From the IMG/VR virus record IMGVR_UViG_3300025626_000004: a stretch of DNA of 64,000 nt. One strand, 5' to 3'. Position 1 is the stretch's first letter, and each line of letters begins with the position of its first letter. Shown here piece by piece: positions 10,501 through 20,610 of the stretch. The position numbers and the translations under genes are program-made. The DNA is from a virus. Below the pieces are notes generated by a model. It made no database searches. It was not told the origin of the DNA and saw only the letters and a list, made by a program, of their open reading frames with translations.

Positions 10501-11426
10501 TAAGAATTCTTGGTAATCTTCAGGTTGAAGGTGTACAAACAACTATTAATTCTACTGCAATAAGTCTTAATGATAAGAATATTGTATTAGCTGATAGTGC
10601 AGCAGATTCATCTGCTCTTAACGGTGCTGGTTTAACTATCGGCGGAACAAACATTGTAGACAAGCCTACGTTTACATATGCTCATGCTACTCAAAGATTT
10701 GTATTCAACCGTAATATCCAAGCAGATAGTTTTTATGGTGATGTAACAGGTAACGTGACTGGCAACGTGACTGGTCAAGTATCTGATATATCAAATCATA
10801 GTACAACTGATTTATCTGAAGGTAATAATAAATATTATACTGTTGCCAGAGCTAGAAATGCAATACAGGCCGTAGATGCTGGTGGTGACGGATCATTCGT
10901 ATATGATTCTGCTATAGGCACGATGACATACACAGGCCCTAGTCCTACCGAAGTTCGGGCACATATCTCTGTTACTGATAATGGTGGTGACGGTTCCATG
11001 TCATATAATGCCGCAACAGGCGTTATATCATATACAGGACCTTCTGCATTAGAAACTCGAACTCACCTATCATTGACTGATGCTGGCGGTGACGGATCGA
11101 TGACCTACGATTCTTCGACTGGCGTGTTTGTATACACGGGGCCGTCAGAAACTGAATGGTATCAGCACTTCAAAGACAATGCCGATAGCCTTGGTGATAT
11201 GATATGGGATTCTGCTTATGGAACAAAGGGCGGACTTAGATTACACCCAAGGCATATTACTGGATTAGACGAAGTAGGTGTTGACTCATTCGTTGCTGCA
11301 CAAGAACACTTGATGATATACAGTGGAACTACCGGAAGACTGAGAAAAATTGGTCTTAACACATTAGGATCTGTTGTCGGTGGTGGCGGCGGATCAGGCA
11401 CATTACTTGGTTATATTAATCTGTAG
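7599..11426 (+). CDS. Long tail fibre protein with tandem beta-repeats
   Basis: 1275 aa G/S/T-rich; repeats such as DAGGDGSL.Y...TG.FTYTGPS...R and STTNL.EG.NLYYT. Confidence 0.8.
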   Translation: MKVVIGTNTIVKKVTVGTPLRIGSAANGSLTGLDDVNGSINLADGTILQYDSASAKFNHISLSAVVGGGLTVSSSGMGSVSETGGTLTYVGPSVDSVRSLFNVTYDSSAIGTLITTGGTTRLTGPTPNQIRSQFSAGNDLQYNAATGEFSVTVPSGSAGFDSNFNTKSTTNLPEGSNLYYTDSRGRASISVNDAGGYGSLAYNAPTGILTYTGPSLADIRSGINVGANLAYDSATGKITFTGSLGGTFDSDNARKSISVVDAGGQGSLSYNNNTGQISYQGASDSDTRGLISATGDIAYNQNTGIISFTEKTDAQIRGLFNVSGDLGYDTGTGVFSVDLGSVDVTDSAVTRALFSVTNDAGDYGSLAYNAASGQFVFTKVTDSDIRGSLSAAGDLAYNQTTGQFSYSKRTDADIRSLLSASGDLSYNSGTGQFSITTGAHYQDSDARHAISFRHTADSIANVNEYGTVTYNQTTGDVVIYGTRDSDIRGSMSFVDAGGLGSLAYNENEGRVTYTGPSNTDIAGTLSATTDPLSMGKLTLDSSKGQFTLKLEDDSVRALFSVVSDQQGGADLTYDSATGQFVFSGPSDLDLRSKISVIDAGGDGSLTYFESGGVFTYTGPSPAEARAHFSGGLGVNYNEATGTFRLDSSANIVTGSIVTGQLTSGIVNANAELNANTINALTDSSNITITGNAITLKGTSDRILLDTQFLHTTDNRIIFAVDDSNTANYQGGGFQIGGGSNSKYFAYSVANDFFATNTGLYIPGDMSGKTIDSLNKRIDELPDSAQMKGILSAGPGLSYDNTNGIYRIISSGVTAATYGNATNVSQLTVDSLGIITGAVNTPISVVTGNTFDSVTGQLTITTATDSFNSTITLDPFSTTNLAEGNKLYYTRARFDSALGDAASTATVRSYISAGQSLNYNPTTGVVSTNQALDSTSNVTFNNIVQTGTLQGPADFIIDPAAHGDATGTVRILGNLQVEGVQTTINSTAISLNDKNIVLADSAADSSALNGAGLTIGGTNIVDKPTFTYAHATQRFVFNRNIQADSFYGDVTGNVTGNVTGQVSDISNHSTTDLSEGNNKYYTVARARNAIQAVDAGGDGSFVYDSAIGTMTYTGPSPTEVRAHISVTDNGGDGSMSYNAATGVISYTGPSALETRTHLSLTDAGGDGSMTYDSSTGVFVYTGPSETEWYQHFKDNADSLGDMIWDSAYGTKGGLRLHPRHITGLDEVGVDSFVAAQEHLMIYSGTTGRLRKIGLNTLGSVVGGGGGSGTLLGYINL

Positions 11427-11439
11427 TGCGTTTTAAAGA

Positions 11440-11447
11440 TATAAATA
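11440..11447 (+). promoter_or_regulatory. T4-type late promoter
   Basis: Intergenic TATAAATA upstream of 11484. Confidence 0.75.
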
Positions 11448-11483
11448 AACATAAATAAGAACAAGAAGTAGATCAGGTAGAAC

Positions 11484-11816
11484 ATGGCAGCAACATTCGA
11501 AAATGGTTTTGCGACAGTTGGAAGCACAGAGGCAACTTTGTACACTGCGCCATCTGGTTTATCTGGAATACATTTAGTTGTAGGCTTCATTGCAACTAAT
11601 ATATTTGGCTCAGCCTTGCCAATTACTGTGAAATTGGTTAGGGGTGGTAACACATACTACCTCGCTTATAACAGACGAGTACTACCAAATGATACTATAG
11701 ACCTTTTGATGGATACTAAAATTTCACTTAAGGTTGGAGACCTTATTAAAGTCTCTGCTCCGTTGGATAATGCATTCAGCGCGATGATTACCGTAACCGA
11801 GGAAATATTAACATGA
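11484..11816 (+). CDS. Small virion structural protein
   Basis: TLYTAP...KISL..GD.IKVSA pattern of small fibre-associated proteins; late promoter. Confidence 0.6.
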   Translation: MAATFENGFATVGSTEATLYTAPSGLSGIHLVVGFIATNIFGSALPITVKLVRGGNTYYLAYNRRVLPNDTIDLLMDTKISLKVGDLIKVSAPLDNAFSAMITVTEEILT

Positions 11817-12121
11817 GCGGTGAATATAGCAGAGATAATAGTGGTGGTATATACAATGGTACACAGTTCCACGACAAGACATTTTATGGATTTAAATTAG
11901 ATAGCGTTGGTCATTTAAATGTTGAGATTATTCGATCAGATGACAGCGATACTATTAAACTACCATACACAACACAGGCCGCATATGTTGATTCAGCGGC
12001 TGATTCACTTAACGTAACTTTTGCCCATCCAGATGACTACAGATCATACTTTTGGTCCATGGACGCAATTACATTTAGATTTAATAACACGACAGGCCAT
12101 TTAGAAATGGTTGCGTATTAA
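11813..12121 (+). CDS. Hypothetical virion protein
   Basis: 102 aa, ATGA overlap with upstream gene. Confidence 0.5.
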   Translation: MSGEYSRDNSGGIYNGTQFHDKTFYGFKLDSVGHLNVEIIRSDDSDTIKLPYTTQAAYVDSAADSLNVTFAHPDDYRSYFWSMDAITFRFNNTTGHLEMVAY

Positions 12122-12142
12122 TGAACCGGAGATACTAGTCCT

Positions 12143-15100
12143 ATGGCAACAATTATCGACTTAGGTAAAATTAGATTTGAATACAAAGGTGTTTACTCTG
12201 GTGCGACAACGTACGAAGTAAACGATGTAATCAAATATGGTGGCAACGTATATGTATATACATACGGATTAGCCACAGCAGGAAACGTTCCTACCAATAC
12301 AACCTATTGGGATCTGATGATGGAGGGCTTCAACTTTGAAGGCGTCTTCAACACAGGAACAACATATAACATTGGTGATGCATTCTCACATGGTGGTATT
12401 GTTTATATCGTTACAGCAAATACTGTTGTAGGCGAAACACCACCAAATGCTTCTTACTATTCAACATTCGTTGATGGTCTTCAATTTGAAGGCGTATGGG
12501 CAGTCGGTACGGCTTATCAAAAAGCGGACATTGTAACTTACGGTGGCAAATCTTATGTCGCCCTTCAAGATACAACGGGCAATATACCTTCTTCTTCTGG
12601 TGCACAATGGTCAGTATTTGCTGATGGTTTATCGGTCCTCGGAACTTATAGCGATGCAACTGCCTATAAGAAAGGTGATATCGTCACTTATGGCGGAACA
12701 ACATACAATGCGTTACAAGACACTTCTGCCGGAACTAAGCCTTCTGCCGGTGCTCCTAATTGGAACACATTCCTTGCAGGTCTAAATCTAAGAGATTCAT
12801 TTGATTCTGCTAATGCTTATGTTAAAGATGACGTTGTACTTTTTGGTGCAAACCTATTTAAAGCTAAAGGCGATGTTACTGGAACGCACCCACTTAATAC
12901 AATTTCTTGGGATCCATTCCTAAGTGGTTTCTCTTATGTTGGTACATGGAATACAACTCGTAAGTATTTTCCTGGTGAGCTAGTAACAAACGGTGGTAAT
13001 CTTTACCAAGCTATTATTTCAAGCACAAACATTTCACCTTCATCTAACGCGGCCACATGGTCACACGTATCTTCTGGTATTACCAATCAAGGAACTTGGA
13101 CAACAGCGACTGCTTATTATCCGGGTGATCTCGTTCAGCACGGTGGTTCAACTTATACAGTAGAACTTACTCATACTTCCGGAACATTTTCGGCCGATCT
13201 TGCTGCTAATAGATTGGCAGAGTTTGCTCAAGGTGTTCGTAATAGAGGTACTTGGACCAACTCGACATTATATCTTAAAGATGACCTTATTCAATCTGGC
13301 ACATCAACATACATTGCAACACAAGATTATACATCAACTAGTAACTTTGCAAATGATGAATCAGACGGTAAATGGTCAATATTCGCTTCGGGCGCGGCAG
13401 GCGTACTACCAACAATTAGTGGTGTTGATGTTGGTAAATCATTGGTTGTTAAAACTGATGCATCTGGCTTCGAATTAGGTTATACAGATAACTCTCCAAA
13501 TACATACTACGTTGGTATTGATGGCGCAGTTGATGACTCCTATGCAGGTAGATCACTTCAACGCCCATTCGCTTCAGTTGCATATTGTATGCAACGTATT
13601 GCTATAGAAAAAACTGCTGACTCTTCGGCTCAAGTCTTTATTAAAGATGGTGAGTATAGAGAAGCATTGCCAATGACAATCCCGGCAGATACAACAGTAT
13701 TTGGTGATGGCCAGCGTAATACTACAATCTCACCAATTGCGGGTGATTCAAATAAAACCATGTTCTTTGTGAATAGTGGCGTTCTTATTAAAGAGATTAA
13801 ATTTACTGGTCTTACTGGTTTTGCTCTTGATAGCAATACCCCAGAAGACATTGAACAAGCAACAATTGGCGGTGTATTCTTTAGACTAGACCCAACAGCA
13901 GTTATTACTAAATCTCCGTACATTAAAGAATGTTCAGCATTCTCTGTTGGTGGTATTGGCTGTCTTATTGATGGTGGTTTGAATAATGATGTAAACAATG
14001 CTGGTTCGATGGTATTCCACACGTTTACTCAGATTCACTCTGGTGGTGTTGGTTTTTGGGTAAGACGTAACGGTAAAGCTGAGATTGTATCTTGCTTTAC
14101 TTATTACTGTGATATCGGTTATGCGTCTTCTGGCGGCGGTCAAATTAGATCACTTAATGGTAATAACTCTTACGGCGAATATGGTACAATTTCGACAGGT
14201 AATGATTCAAGCGAAGTTACGCTTAACGGATCTGTTCGTGGTTACAATCTTGATTATGTTGAAACAAGTATTAAAAACGGTGAGTTTACAAAAGGTGGAA
14301 TCGTTAGAGCCCAGGATAGAGCCAAAGCCCTAAATACAATCTCTAAGACCGATCCGGCTAGAGTTACAACAACCTTACCACACGGTGTTACAGACGGACA
14401 TAGAGTTAACTTCTCGAACTTGCTGCCTATTACTTGGAATTCTGGCTCACAGCCAAATGCTAGTGAATATTATGCAGACGTACAAGACTCATATTCCTTC
14501 AACCTTTATTCTAATGCAGGACTCAGTTCATCGGTATCAGGTGAAGCATGGGGTGGACGAGTAGTAACTAACACATCTATCTCAGACATTACACGTTCAA
14601 ACCCAATGGCAGTTACGGTTGCTTCACACTCTTTGGATTCATACGACTTGATTCGTATCCAAGGTGTTGGCGGTATGACACAAGCTAATGATCGTTACTT
14701 CCTTGTAATGGACAATACTTCTTCTATTATTAAACTTAAAGAAGCTGAGAATAACTATATTGGTGTTTCAACATCGGCCACTAACTATGTAATTACTGGT
14801 ACAGCCGGTGGAGTTGCACACTCTGCGGCAGTAGAACCTGGACTGACACTTTATAAAGGATCACGTTATTACTTTGATGTAGACTCAACAAACACTCCTG
14901 GCTTCTATCTAACAACTGCTGATCCAGCCTCTAGTTGGGGAGCTCTTCAATACACCGGTGAATATACAACAGGTGTTACAGGATCAAGAGCCATTGGCGG
15001 TGGCAGACTAGCTATTACAATCGATAGTTCTGCTCCAAGCACATTGTACTATGCAAATGGTAATACTGCTTCAACATATGGTACAATTACAGTTGCCGAT

Positions 15101-16114
15101 CCTAGTGATGTAGACGCTACTTCATACTCAGTATATAGTTCTGGCGGACAGCTTAGAAAGACAGACTCTGGTGATGAATTAATCTCTGGAACAGGTACAT
15201 TTCTAGGCACTAAAGCTACTATTATTGACCATCAGCCTGGTGCAAATAAGCTAACTATTACAGGTATTATTGGAACAGGCTTTGACGACGGAGATTCAAT
15301 CATCGACTCTGGTAATGTTGCTGGTGTATATGCTATCTTGACTAATGATAATGCTGCGCACAATCAGTATGGTGCTACAATGTCATTCACCGGTCTTACA
15401 GGATCAAAACCAAAAACTGGTGGTTCGGTTGAATTTATTGGTAACCTTGGCGATTCTGGTTATGACTCTATTGGTTCATATGTTATTCAATCAGTTGGTG
15501 ATTATGATTCGGCTACTGGTAATGCGGTTTTAGTCTTTGCTCAGCAGAAAACAAGTCAACGTCCAGCACCTAACGGACAGCAAGTAAAAATTCGTTATAA
15601 ATACTCACAAGCAAGACTAACAGGTCATGACTTCTTGAATATTGGTTTTGGTAATAAGACTGAAACTAACTATCCAGGAGATCCGTCACTTCCTGTTAAA
15701 CAGGGCAATGAGGTTATTGAAAGAGAAACTGGCCGAGTATTCTATGTGTCAACCGACCAATCTGGTAACTTTAGAGTAGGTAACTACTTCAGGATCGATC
15801 AGGCGACAGGTCGAGCGACATTGGACGCTTCAGCGTTTGACCTTTCTGGTCTGACATCTCTGAGACTTGGTTCGATTGGTGCTCAACTTGGTGAGGCAAT
15901 TAATGAATTCTCGGCAGATGGTACTTTGTCAGGTAATTCAAACTTGGCTGTTCCAACCGAACAGGCCGTAAAAACATATGTCGATTTAGCAATTGAAGGA
16001 GCATCTTCACAGTCGCTACCTAAAAACGCTAAAGCCGGGGGATTAGCAACTGAGTTATTCCTAGGATTTGACATTAAAGACTTAACGAAAAATGATGGTA
16101 TAAATCTTAAATAA
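12143..16114 (+). CDS. Tail fibre/adhesin with N-terminal CBM5/12 (ChtBD3)-like repeats and a beta-helix region
   Basis: About 9 repeats G.(W/Y/F)...T.Y..GD.V..GG..Y; TYYVG.DG.....GRS..RPFAS beta-helix start; C-terminal GHDFLNIG...GRVFYVSTDQ.GNFRVG. Confidence 0.75.
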   Translation: MATIIDLGKIRFEYKGVYSGATTYEVNDVIKYGGNVYVYTYGLATAGNVPTNTTYWDLMMEGFNFEGVFNTGTTYNIGDAFSHGGIVYIVTANTVVGETPPNASYYSTFVDGLQFEGVWAVGTAYQKADIVTYGGKSYVALQDTTGNIPSSSGAQWSVFADGLSVLGTYSDATAYKKGDIVTYGGTTYNALQDTSAGTKPSAGAPNWNTFLAGLNLRDSFDSANAYVKDDVVLFGANLFKAKGDVTGTHPLNTISWDPFLSGFSYVGTWNTTRKYFPGELVTNGGNLYQAIISSTNISPSSNAATWSHVSSGITNQGTWTTATAYYPGDLVQHGGSTYTVELTHTSGTFSADLAANRLAEFAQGVRNRGTWTNSTLYLKDDLIQSGTSTYIATQDYTSTSNFANDESDGKWSIFASGAAGVLPTISGVDVGKSLVVKTDASGFELGYTDNSPNTYYVGIDGAVDDSYAGRSLQRPFASVAYCMQRIAIEKTADSSAQVFIKDGEYREALPMTIPADTTVFGDGQRNTTISPIAGDSNKTMFFVNSGVLIKEIKFTGLTGFALDSNTPEDIEQATIGGVFFRLDPTAVITKSPYIKECSAFSVGGIGCLIDGGLNNDVNNAGSMVFHTFTQIHSGGVGFWVRRNGKAEIVSCFTYYCDIGYASSGGGQIRSLNGNNSYGEYGTISTGNDSSEVTLNGSVRGYNLDYVETSIKNGEFTKGGIVRAQDRAKALNTISKTDPARVTTTLPHGVTDGHRVNFSNLLPITWNSGSQPNASEYYADVQDSYSFNLYSNAGLSSSVSGEAWGGRVVTNTSISDITRSNPMAVTVASHSLDSYDLIRIQGVGGMTQANDRYFLVMDNTSSIIKLKEAENNYIGVSTSATNYVITGTAGGVAHSAAVEPGLTLYKGSRYYFDVDSTNTPGFYLTTADPASSWGALQYTGEYTTGVTGSRAIGGGRLAITIDSSAPSTLYYANGNTASTYGTITVADPSDVDATSYSVYSSGGQLRKTDSGDELISGTGTFLGTKATIIDHQPGANKLTITGIIGTGFDDGDSIIDSGNVAGVYAILTNDNAAHNQYGATMSFTGLTGSKPKTGGSVEFIGNLGDSGYDSIGSYVIQSVGDYDSATGNAVLVFAQQKTSQRPAPNGQQVKIRYKYSQARLTGHDFLNIGFGNKTETNYPGDPSLPVKQGNEVIERETGRVFYVSTDQSGNFRVGNYFRIDQATGRATLDASAFDLSGLTSLRLGSIGAQLGEAINEFSADGTLSGNSNLAVPTEQAVKTYVDLAIEGASSQSLPKNAKAGGLATELFLGFDIKDLTKNDGINLK

Positions 16115-16142
16115 AGATAACCACGGAAAAGGATATTAAAAA

Positions 16143-16568
16143 ATGGCAAGCATTGATACTGTACGTAATGCACTCCTGGACAAAATCAATACTTCGATTG
16201 CGTCCGCAACACCAGAGCAACTAGCATACCTCACGAAGGCAGCAAATGGCATTGAACAGTCAACCGTATGGTCGACTGATGCTGTTGATTTTACTGCTGA
16301 TAGTTATGGTGGTCACTTTGTAAATACAACTGCAGCAGCAGTAACCGCAACGCTCCCTCCAATGGGTGGTAATGTTGCGGGTGATGGCAGAATCTCTTTT
16401 GTAGATCTTGCACAACAATTTCACACTAATAACTTTACTATTTCGCCTGCTACTGGAAATAAAATTCTTGGACAAGATAGTGATATTCTTGTTAATACGC
16501 AAGGTATTGCTGTATCAATTGTTTGGTCTGGCGACACTTATGGTTGGCAGTTCCTGGTTCAAGGTTAA
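16143..16568 (+). CDS. Small fibre-associated protein
   Basis: VNTTAAAVTATLP...GD..I.FVDL...F.TNN.TI and GDTYGW motifs found in phage fibre domains. Confidence 0.6.
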   Translation: MASIDTVRNALLDKINTSIASATPEQLAYLTKAANGIEQSTVWSTDAVDFTADSYGGHFVNTTAAAVTATLPPMGGNVAGDGRISFVDLAQQFHTNNFTISPATGNKILGQDSDILVNTQGIAVSIVWSGDTYGWQFLVQG

Positions 16569-16592
16569 TTTGGTAATAATAGGAACATCAGC

Positions 16593-17507
16593 ATGGCTAA
16601 AAAGTTAACAAACTATGTAAAATCATTAGGTGGTGGCAGTGGCTTAAAATACGACGATCACATCTTTGATATTGTAGGAGGTGGTGTCTGCGCAACCGCA
16701 TGTGAAAATTTTGCACATATTACTATGTGGTGTGTTCCTGTAGGTATTAGTACCGCAAAATTTCAAATTTGGGGTGCTGGTGGATTTAGTGAAGGCGGAA
16801 CATCTTGTGGATTTACCCCAGCCGGTGGATCTGGTGCATATGCCGAAAAAACAGTAAGCGTTACTCCTGGTACATGTTATAGAATACAAACTGGACATAG
16901 ATTCTGTCGGGTCCCACACACATCCGCAGGCAATCCTTCTACTTGGGGAATCACTAATCAGAGTACTACAACAGGTACAACATCGGTTCAAGGTGCTGGG
17001 CTAACAAACTTTTGTGCAGAACCTGGCTACAATTCTCCTTGGATATGTTGCTCCACAACTAACTATGCCACAAATCTCCTTGATAGTGAAACACCATATT
17101 ATGCGCAAGGTGATTCTGAACTTGGTCCAAATCGTGCTTGTTATTATGGTGCTGATATGGGACTACGAGGCAGAAAATCTTATATGACTGCAAATAGTCT
17201 TGGTATTGGCACTTCCCAATGTAATATGAGGTTTCATGTAGCTCTTCCCAACTGTAGTAGCTGGGGAAGATGTGGAGGACACGTCCTAGTTCCAGCTTGT
17301 AGCAATAACTTTAGCTGTGACACTTCAGAGCGAGGGCTGGGAACTAATCTAGATTTGGGATATTGTTATGCATCGCATCTGAATCAGAACAGTTGGCAAC
17401 ACTGGGATGCTGCTGGTATGGGTGCGATGGGATTATCTATATGTGGTAACGAATGCCGATGTGGTAACAACGCTAACGGCGGTAAAGTAAGAATACTATT
17501 CAGTTGA
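16593..17507 (+). CDS. Cys/Gly-rich protein, paralogue A1
   Basis: MAKKLTNYVKS; WCVP.G, WGAGG, GGSGAY, GLTNFCAE; about 19 Cys. Confidence 0.75.
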   Translation: MAKKLTNYVKSLGGGSGLKYDDHIFDIVGGGVCATACENFAHITMWCVPVGISTAKFQIWGAGGFSEGGTSCGFTPAGGSGAYAEKTVSVTPGTCYRIQTGHRFCRVPHTSAGNPSTWGITNQSTTTGTTSVQGAGLTNFCAEPGYNSPWICCSTTNYATNLLDSETPYYAQGDSELGPNRACYYGADMGLRGRKSYMTANSLGIGTSQCNMRFHVALPNCSSWGRCGGHVLVPACSNNFSCDTSERGLGTNLDLGYCYASHLNQNSWQHWDAAGMGAMGLSICGNECRCGNNANGGKVRILFS

Positions 17508-17519
17508 GGAAAATCTAGA

Positions 17520-18506
17520 ATGGCTAAAAATTTAAGTACATTTCAGCCCGGATCAGGTAGACCTTCACCTGAAGGTGTAAATGCTTGGTGTCAAATAACA
17601 TTTGTAACCGGAAACGGGTGTCACCAATACGGCCCTGGTCCCAGGATACCAAATTATGGTGGGACACAGTCCCAATGGTGTGTGCCAGAAGGTGTGACTA
17701 AAGCAGTATTTTATATAAGAGGTGTCGGTGGTAATACAGGTGGCACATGTTGCTGCATGAGTGGTTCACCAGGAAATAGTGGTGCGTCAGCAATCTTAGA
17801 ACCGACTATGACACCCGGAGATGTTTGGCAATTCTGTATGCCGGCCGGTACTTGTTGTACAGCGGTAGGTGGTGGATCGCTAGAGTGTGGTTTATGTATC
17901 TTCAACAAAACTGTGAATGGTGATACCGGATGTAATTATCTTTATCTGGCCGGTCCATCTTGTGCCTGCGCAACCTGTAATTGGAGTACATGTTGTACCG
18001 CAAATGGCGAAACGCGATTTGACGATGCATCACCTAATACTACAGCAAAAGAGTGGACTAGTAAAACGAACATTGATAATACTAGTAGATACACATGTTA
18101 TAACTGTATGAAGTTTGCTGGTACTTCTCATACTGCACTAACCGATGGCGGTCTTGATTCTGACATAAACCATTTCCATTCACGCCCTGGATTTTCAATT
18201 ACTCCATGTACCAACGCGGGCGCAATTGCTTCGGCATGTGCTATTACTAAGGCAATGCCTATTCAACAATTTGCGACTAAACAAAGCCATTATATAGCAG
18301 CTGCAGACAATTTTACTGATAACCTTACGGGCGCTGGCGCAAGTTGCGCCATGCTGACTCTCTTTAATAGAAGCAGCAATGGCTATGGTAGGTCTGGTGG
18401 AATATGCGCTGGTGGTCATGCAGGTATTCAAGGTCGGGCTTCTGGTGGTAACTGCTATTGCGGTTCACAGGGCGGGCCAGCTATTGTTACGATTAGGTAT
18501 AAATAA
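17520..18506 (+). CDS. Cys/Gly-rich protein, paralogue B1
   Basis: MAKNLSTFQPG.GR; WCVPEG, CCCM.G, terminal GGNCYCGS.GG. Confidence 0.75.
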   Translation: MAKNLSTFQPGSGRPSPEGVNAWCQITFVTGNGCHQYGPGPRIPNYGGTQSQWCVPEGVTKAVFYIRGVGGNTGGTCCCMSGSPGNSGASAILEPTMTPGDVWQFCMPAGTCCTAVGGGSLECGLCIFNKTVNGDTGCNYLYLAGPSCACATCNWSTCCTANGETRFDDASPNTTAKEWTSKTNIDNTSRYTCYNCMKFAGTSHTALTDGGLDSDINHFHSRPGFSITPCTNAGAIASACAITKAMPIQQFATKQSHYIAAADNFTDNLTGAGASCAMLTLFNRSSNGYGRSGGICAGGHAGIQGRASGGNCYCGSQGGPAIVTIRYK

Positions 18507-18530
18507 GGTAAAGAGATATGGAAAAATATA

Positions 18531-19670
18531 ATGGCTAAAAATTTACAAGACCTTATACCTATTGCCCCTGGTAATTATTCCGAAGACGGTAGATCAGATA
18601 ACGTTTGGTGGTTTTCAAATAATGTGCACGTTCCAAATACTACACACGCATCAATGCACGGTAGTACCGCAGATGGCGGTGGTCAAAAAGCTATATGGAA
18701 AGTTCCGGCAGGTACAACTGAAATTAATTTCCATGCATGGGGTGGTGGTGGATCTGGTGCTCCAGGTTATTGCTGTACACAAGGCCTTGACGGTGGATCT
18801 GGTGCGTGGGTAACCAAAACATTAAAAAGTGGATTTACTGCGGGCTCAAGTAGATATGTCATTTGTTTAACTGCTAATGGCACTGCCGGTTCAAGAAACT
18901 GCACAAGCGCTGCGGCTTCAAAACAATCTCCACAATATGCTGCGGACGGCGGTGGCACAGGTCTTGGTACTGCACCAGGAACTACCGGAACTTGGGATCC
19001 AACCAGCGCTGAATTCTTTGATAGCCTTTGTGGTTGTCGAGGTCCTGATGTTTCTATTGTTGGTCCTGGTCTTACAAATTTCTGTGCAGAAGGCGGTAAT
19101 GGTGGATTAAGCATTTATAAAATGTTGTATAATGTTAATACACGATGCATTGCAAGAACCGGTGGATTTAACTCTGGCTTTGGTGTACCAAATTGTTGTA
19201 ATCAAACATTTCGTATGTGTGATCTTAGAGGTCAAGAAACTGATAGTGATGCTGGTTTCTTTAGAAGAGCTAGATATTATGGCGGCGATGACGGAGCTAA
19301 GGGCATATATGCATGTTATCAATCGGGTTGCTGTGGCTGTTGGGAAGCATCGGCCTGTAACCAAGCCGGTGATAGAAAATGGCTAGCAATTAGTGGTGCC
19401 AAATGGTGGGAAGGTGATGCCTCTGTTAAGTATGGCCAAACCTTCAGCAGCCATTATCAAAACTGCGTCGATAACGACTGGAATACATTTGGGCCACATG
19501 GCACAGCCAATCGTCAAATGGCTCTTGGACCAATAGGCGGTGGTAAATATAATTATGACAACGGTGGTGGTCCAATTGGTTGGGGTGGATTGACGGCATT
19601 TACTTGTGGTGGCACTTGTTGCTGCGGCGGTTATGGCGGATCTGGCTTAACAGTAATTACTTATAAATAG
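18531..19670 (+). CDS. Cys/Gly-rich protein, paralogue C1
   Basis: MAKNLQ; WKVPAG, WGGGG, CC.QGL.GGSGA, GLTNFCAEGG, TCGGTCCC. Confidence 0.75.
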   Translation: MAKNLQDLIPIAPGNYSEDGRSDNVWWFSNNVHVPNTTHASMHGSTADGGGQKAIWKVPAGTTEINFHAWGGGGSGAPGYCCTQGLDGGSGAWVTKTLKSGFTAGSSRYVICLTANGTAGSRNCTSAAASKQSPQYAADGGGTGLGTAPGTTGTWDPTSAEFFDSLCGCRGPDVSIVGPGLTNFCAEGGNGGLSIYKMLYNVNTRCIARTGGFNSGFGVPNCCNQTFRMCDLRGQETDSDAGFFRRARYYGGDDGAKGIYACYQSGCCGCWEASACNQAGDRKWLAISGAKWWEGDASVKYGQTFSSHYQNCVDNDWNTFGPHGTANRQMALGPIGGGKYNYDNGGGPIGWGGLTAFTCGGTCCCGGYGGSGLTVITYK

Positions 19671-19678
19671 GATTTGAC

Positions 19679-20605
19679 ATGGCAAAGAACTTAACAAATT
19701 TTGTGAAATCCATCGGTGCAAATGGACCTCAAGTCACTGGGTTAAATCCTATGTGTGTTTGGGATTTTATGCCAAACATTACGCCGCCCGGTGACAACGC
19801 TTGTTGTAATTTTGTACATGAACCCTTTTGGTGTGTTCCAGAAGGTATTACCTGTGCAAGGATTGAACTTTGGGGTGCAGGCGGAAATGGCGCTGGAGCA
19901 TGTAATTGCTCAATGCCCGGACCTTCTGGTTCAGGTGCATATGTTTCAAAGATGGTAACGACTGTTCCTGGTGAGTGCTACCGAGTCCATTTGGGATGGC
20001 ATTATTGCAGAAGACCACCATCCGGCGGAAGCGATACTGTTAAACATACTGTATGCACGGTTGCAGATTTTAATTCTTGGGTTACTGGTACTGGTCTTAC
20101 GAATTTCTGTGCCGAACAAGGATGTATGGCAGTCGCTATGTGTTGTGATACAGCAACAGGATCAGCTTTGAAATATGTATTTCAAGATTCTGCTGGCGAA
20201 GGCGCAAGATATTTTGGAGGAGATTGTGGTGCACGAGGACGTGCAGGATGGATACAGCTGATGGATTCAGCTCTAGAACCAAATGAATGGGCTAACTACA
20301 GACAAGGTGTTCCATATCCAGGTGGAGTGATTAATAAATGTGGTGGACATCATGTCCTTCACGGTATAGCAAACTCCTGGTGTTCTTGTAAAGCTATTCC
20401 AGTTGAGTGGGTAGTGAAACATTTGAGGTCTGCGACCGAAGGTAGCGGAACTGCTGCTGGTAACTCAAACGGATATGGTAAAATGGCTGGTTGGGGAGTT
20501 CCAAGTCCTACTGATTGTGCCATTACAACGGCATGTTGTTCTGCAGCAAATACCCAAGGCCGAGCTAGAATATCTTTTTCTTGCTGCAACACATTCGAGG
20601 AATAA
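19679..20605 (+). CDS. Cys/Gly-rich protein, paralogue A2
   Basis: MAKNLTNFVKS; WCVPEG, WGAGG, SGSGAY, GLTNFCAE, CGGH. Confidence 0.75.
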   Translation: MAKNLTNFVKSIGANGPQVTGLNPMCVWDFMPNITPPGDNACCNFVHEPFWCVPEGITCARIELWGAGGNGAGACNCSMPGPSGSGAYVSKMVTTVPGECYRVHLGWHYCRRPPSGGSDTVKHTVCTVADFNSWVTGTGLTNFCAEQGCMAVAMCCDTATGSALKYVFQDSAGEGARYFGGDCGARGRAGWIQLMDSALEPNEWANYRQGVPYPGGVINKCGGHHVLHGIANSWCSCKAIPVEWVVKHLRSATEGSGTAAGNSNGYGKMAGWGVPSPTDCAITTACCSAANTQGRARISFSCCNTFEE

Positions 20606-20610
20606 GATAA

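Noticed and set aside
7599-11426. DNA-level repeats in the fibre gene as a CRISPR array or DGR template/variable pair
   Set aside because: The repeats are in-frame, degenerate protein repeats; there are no spacers, no adenine-specific variation and no reverse transcriptase or cas gene
18498-19669. TATAAATA at 18498 and 19662 as internal late promoters
   Set aside because: Both coincide with Tyr-Lys-stop codons of paralogous C-termini and can be explained by coding; possible but unsupported
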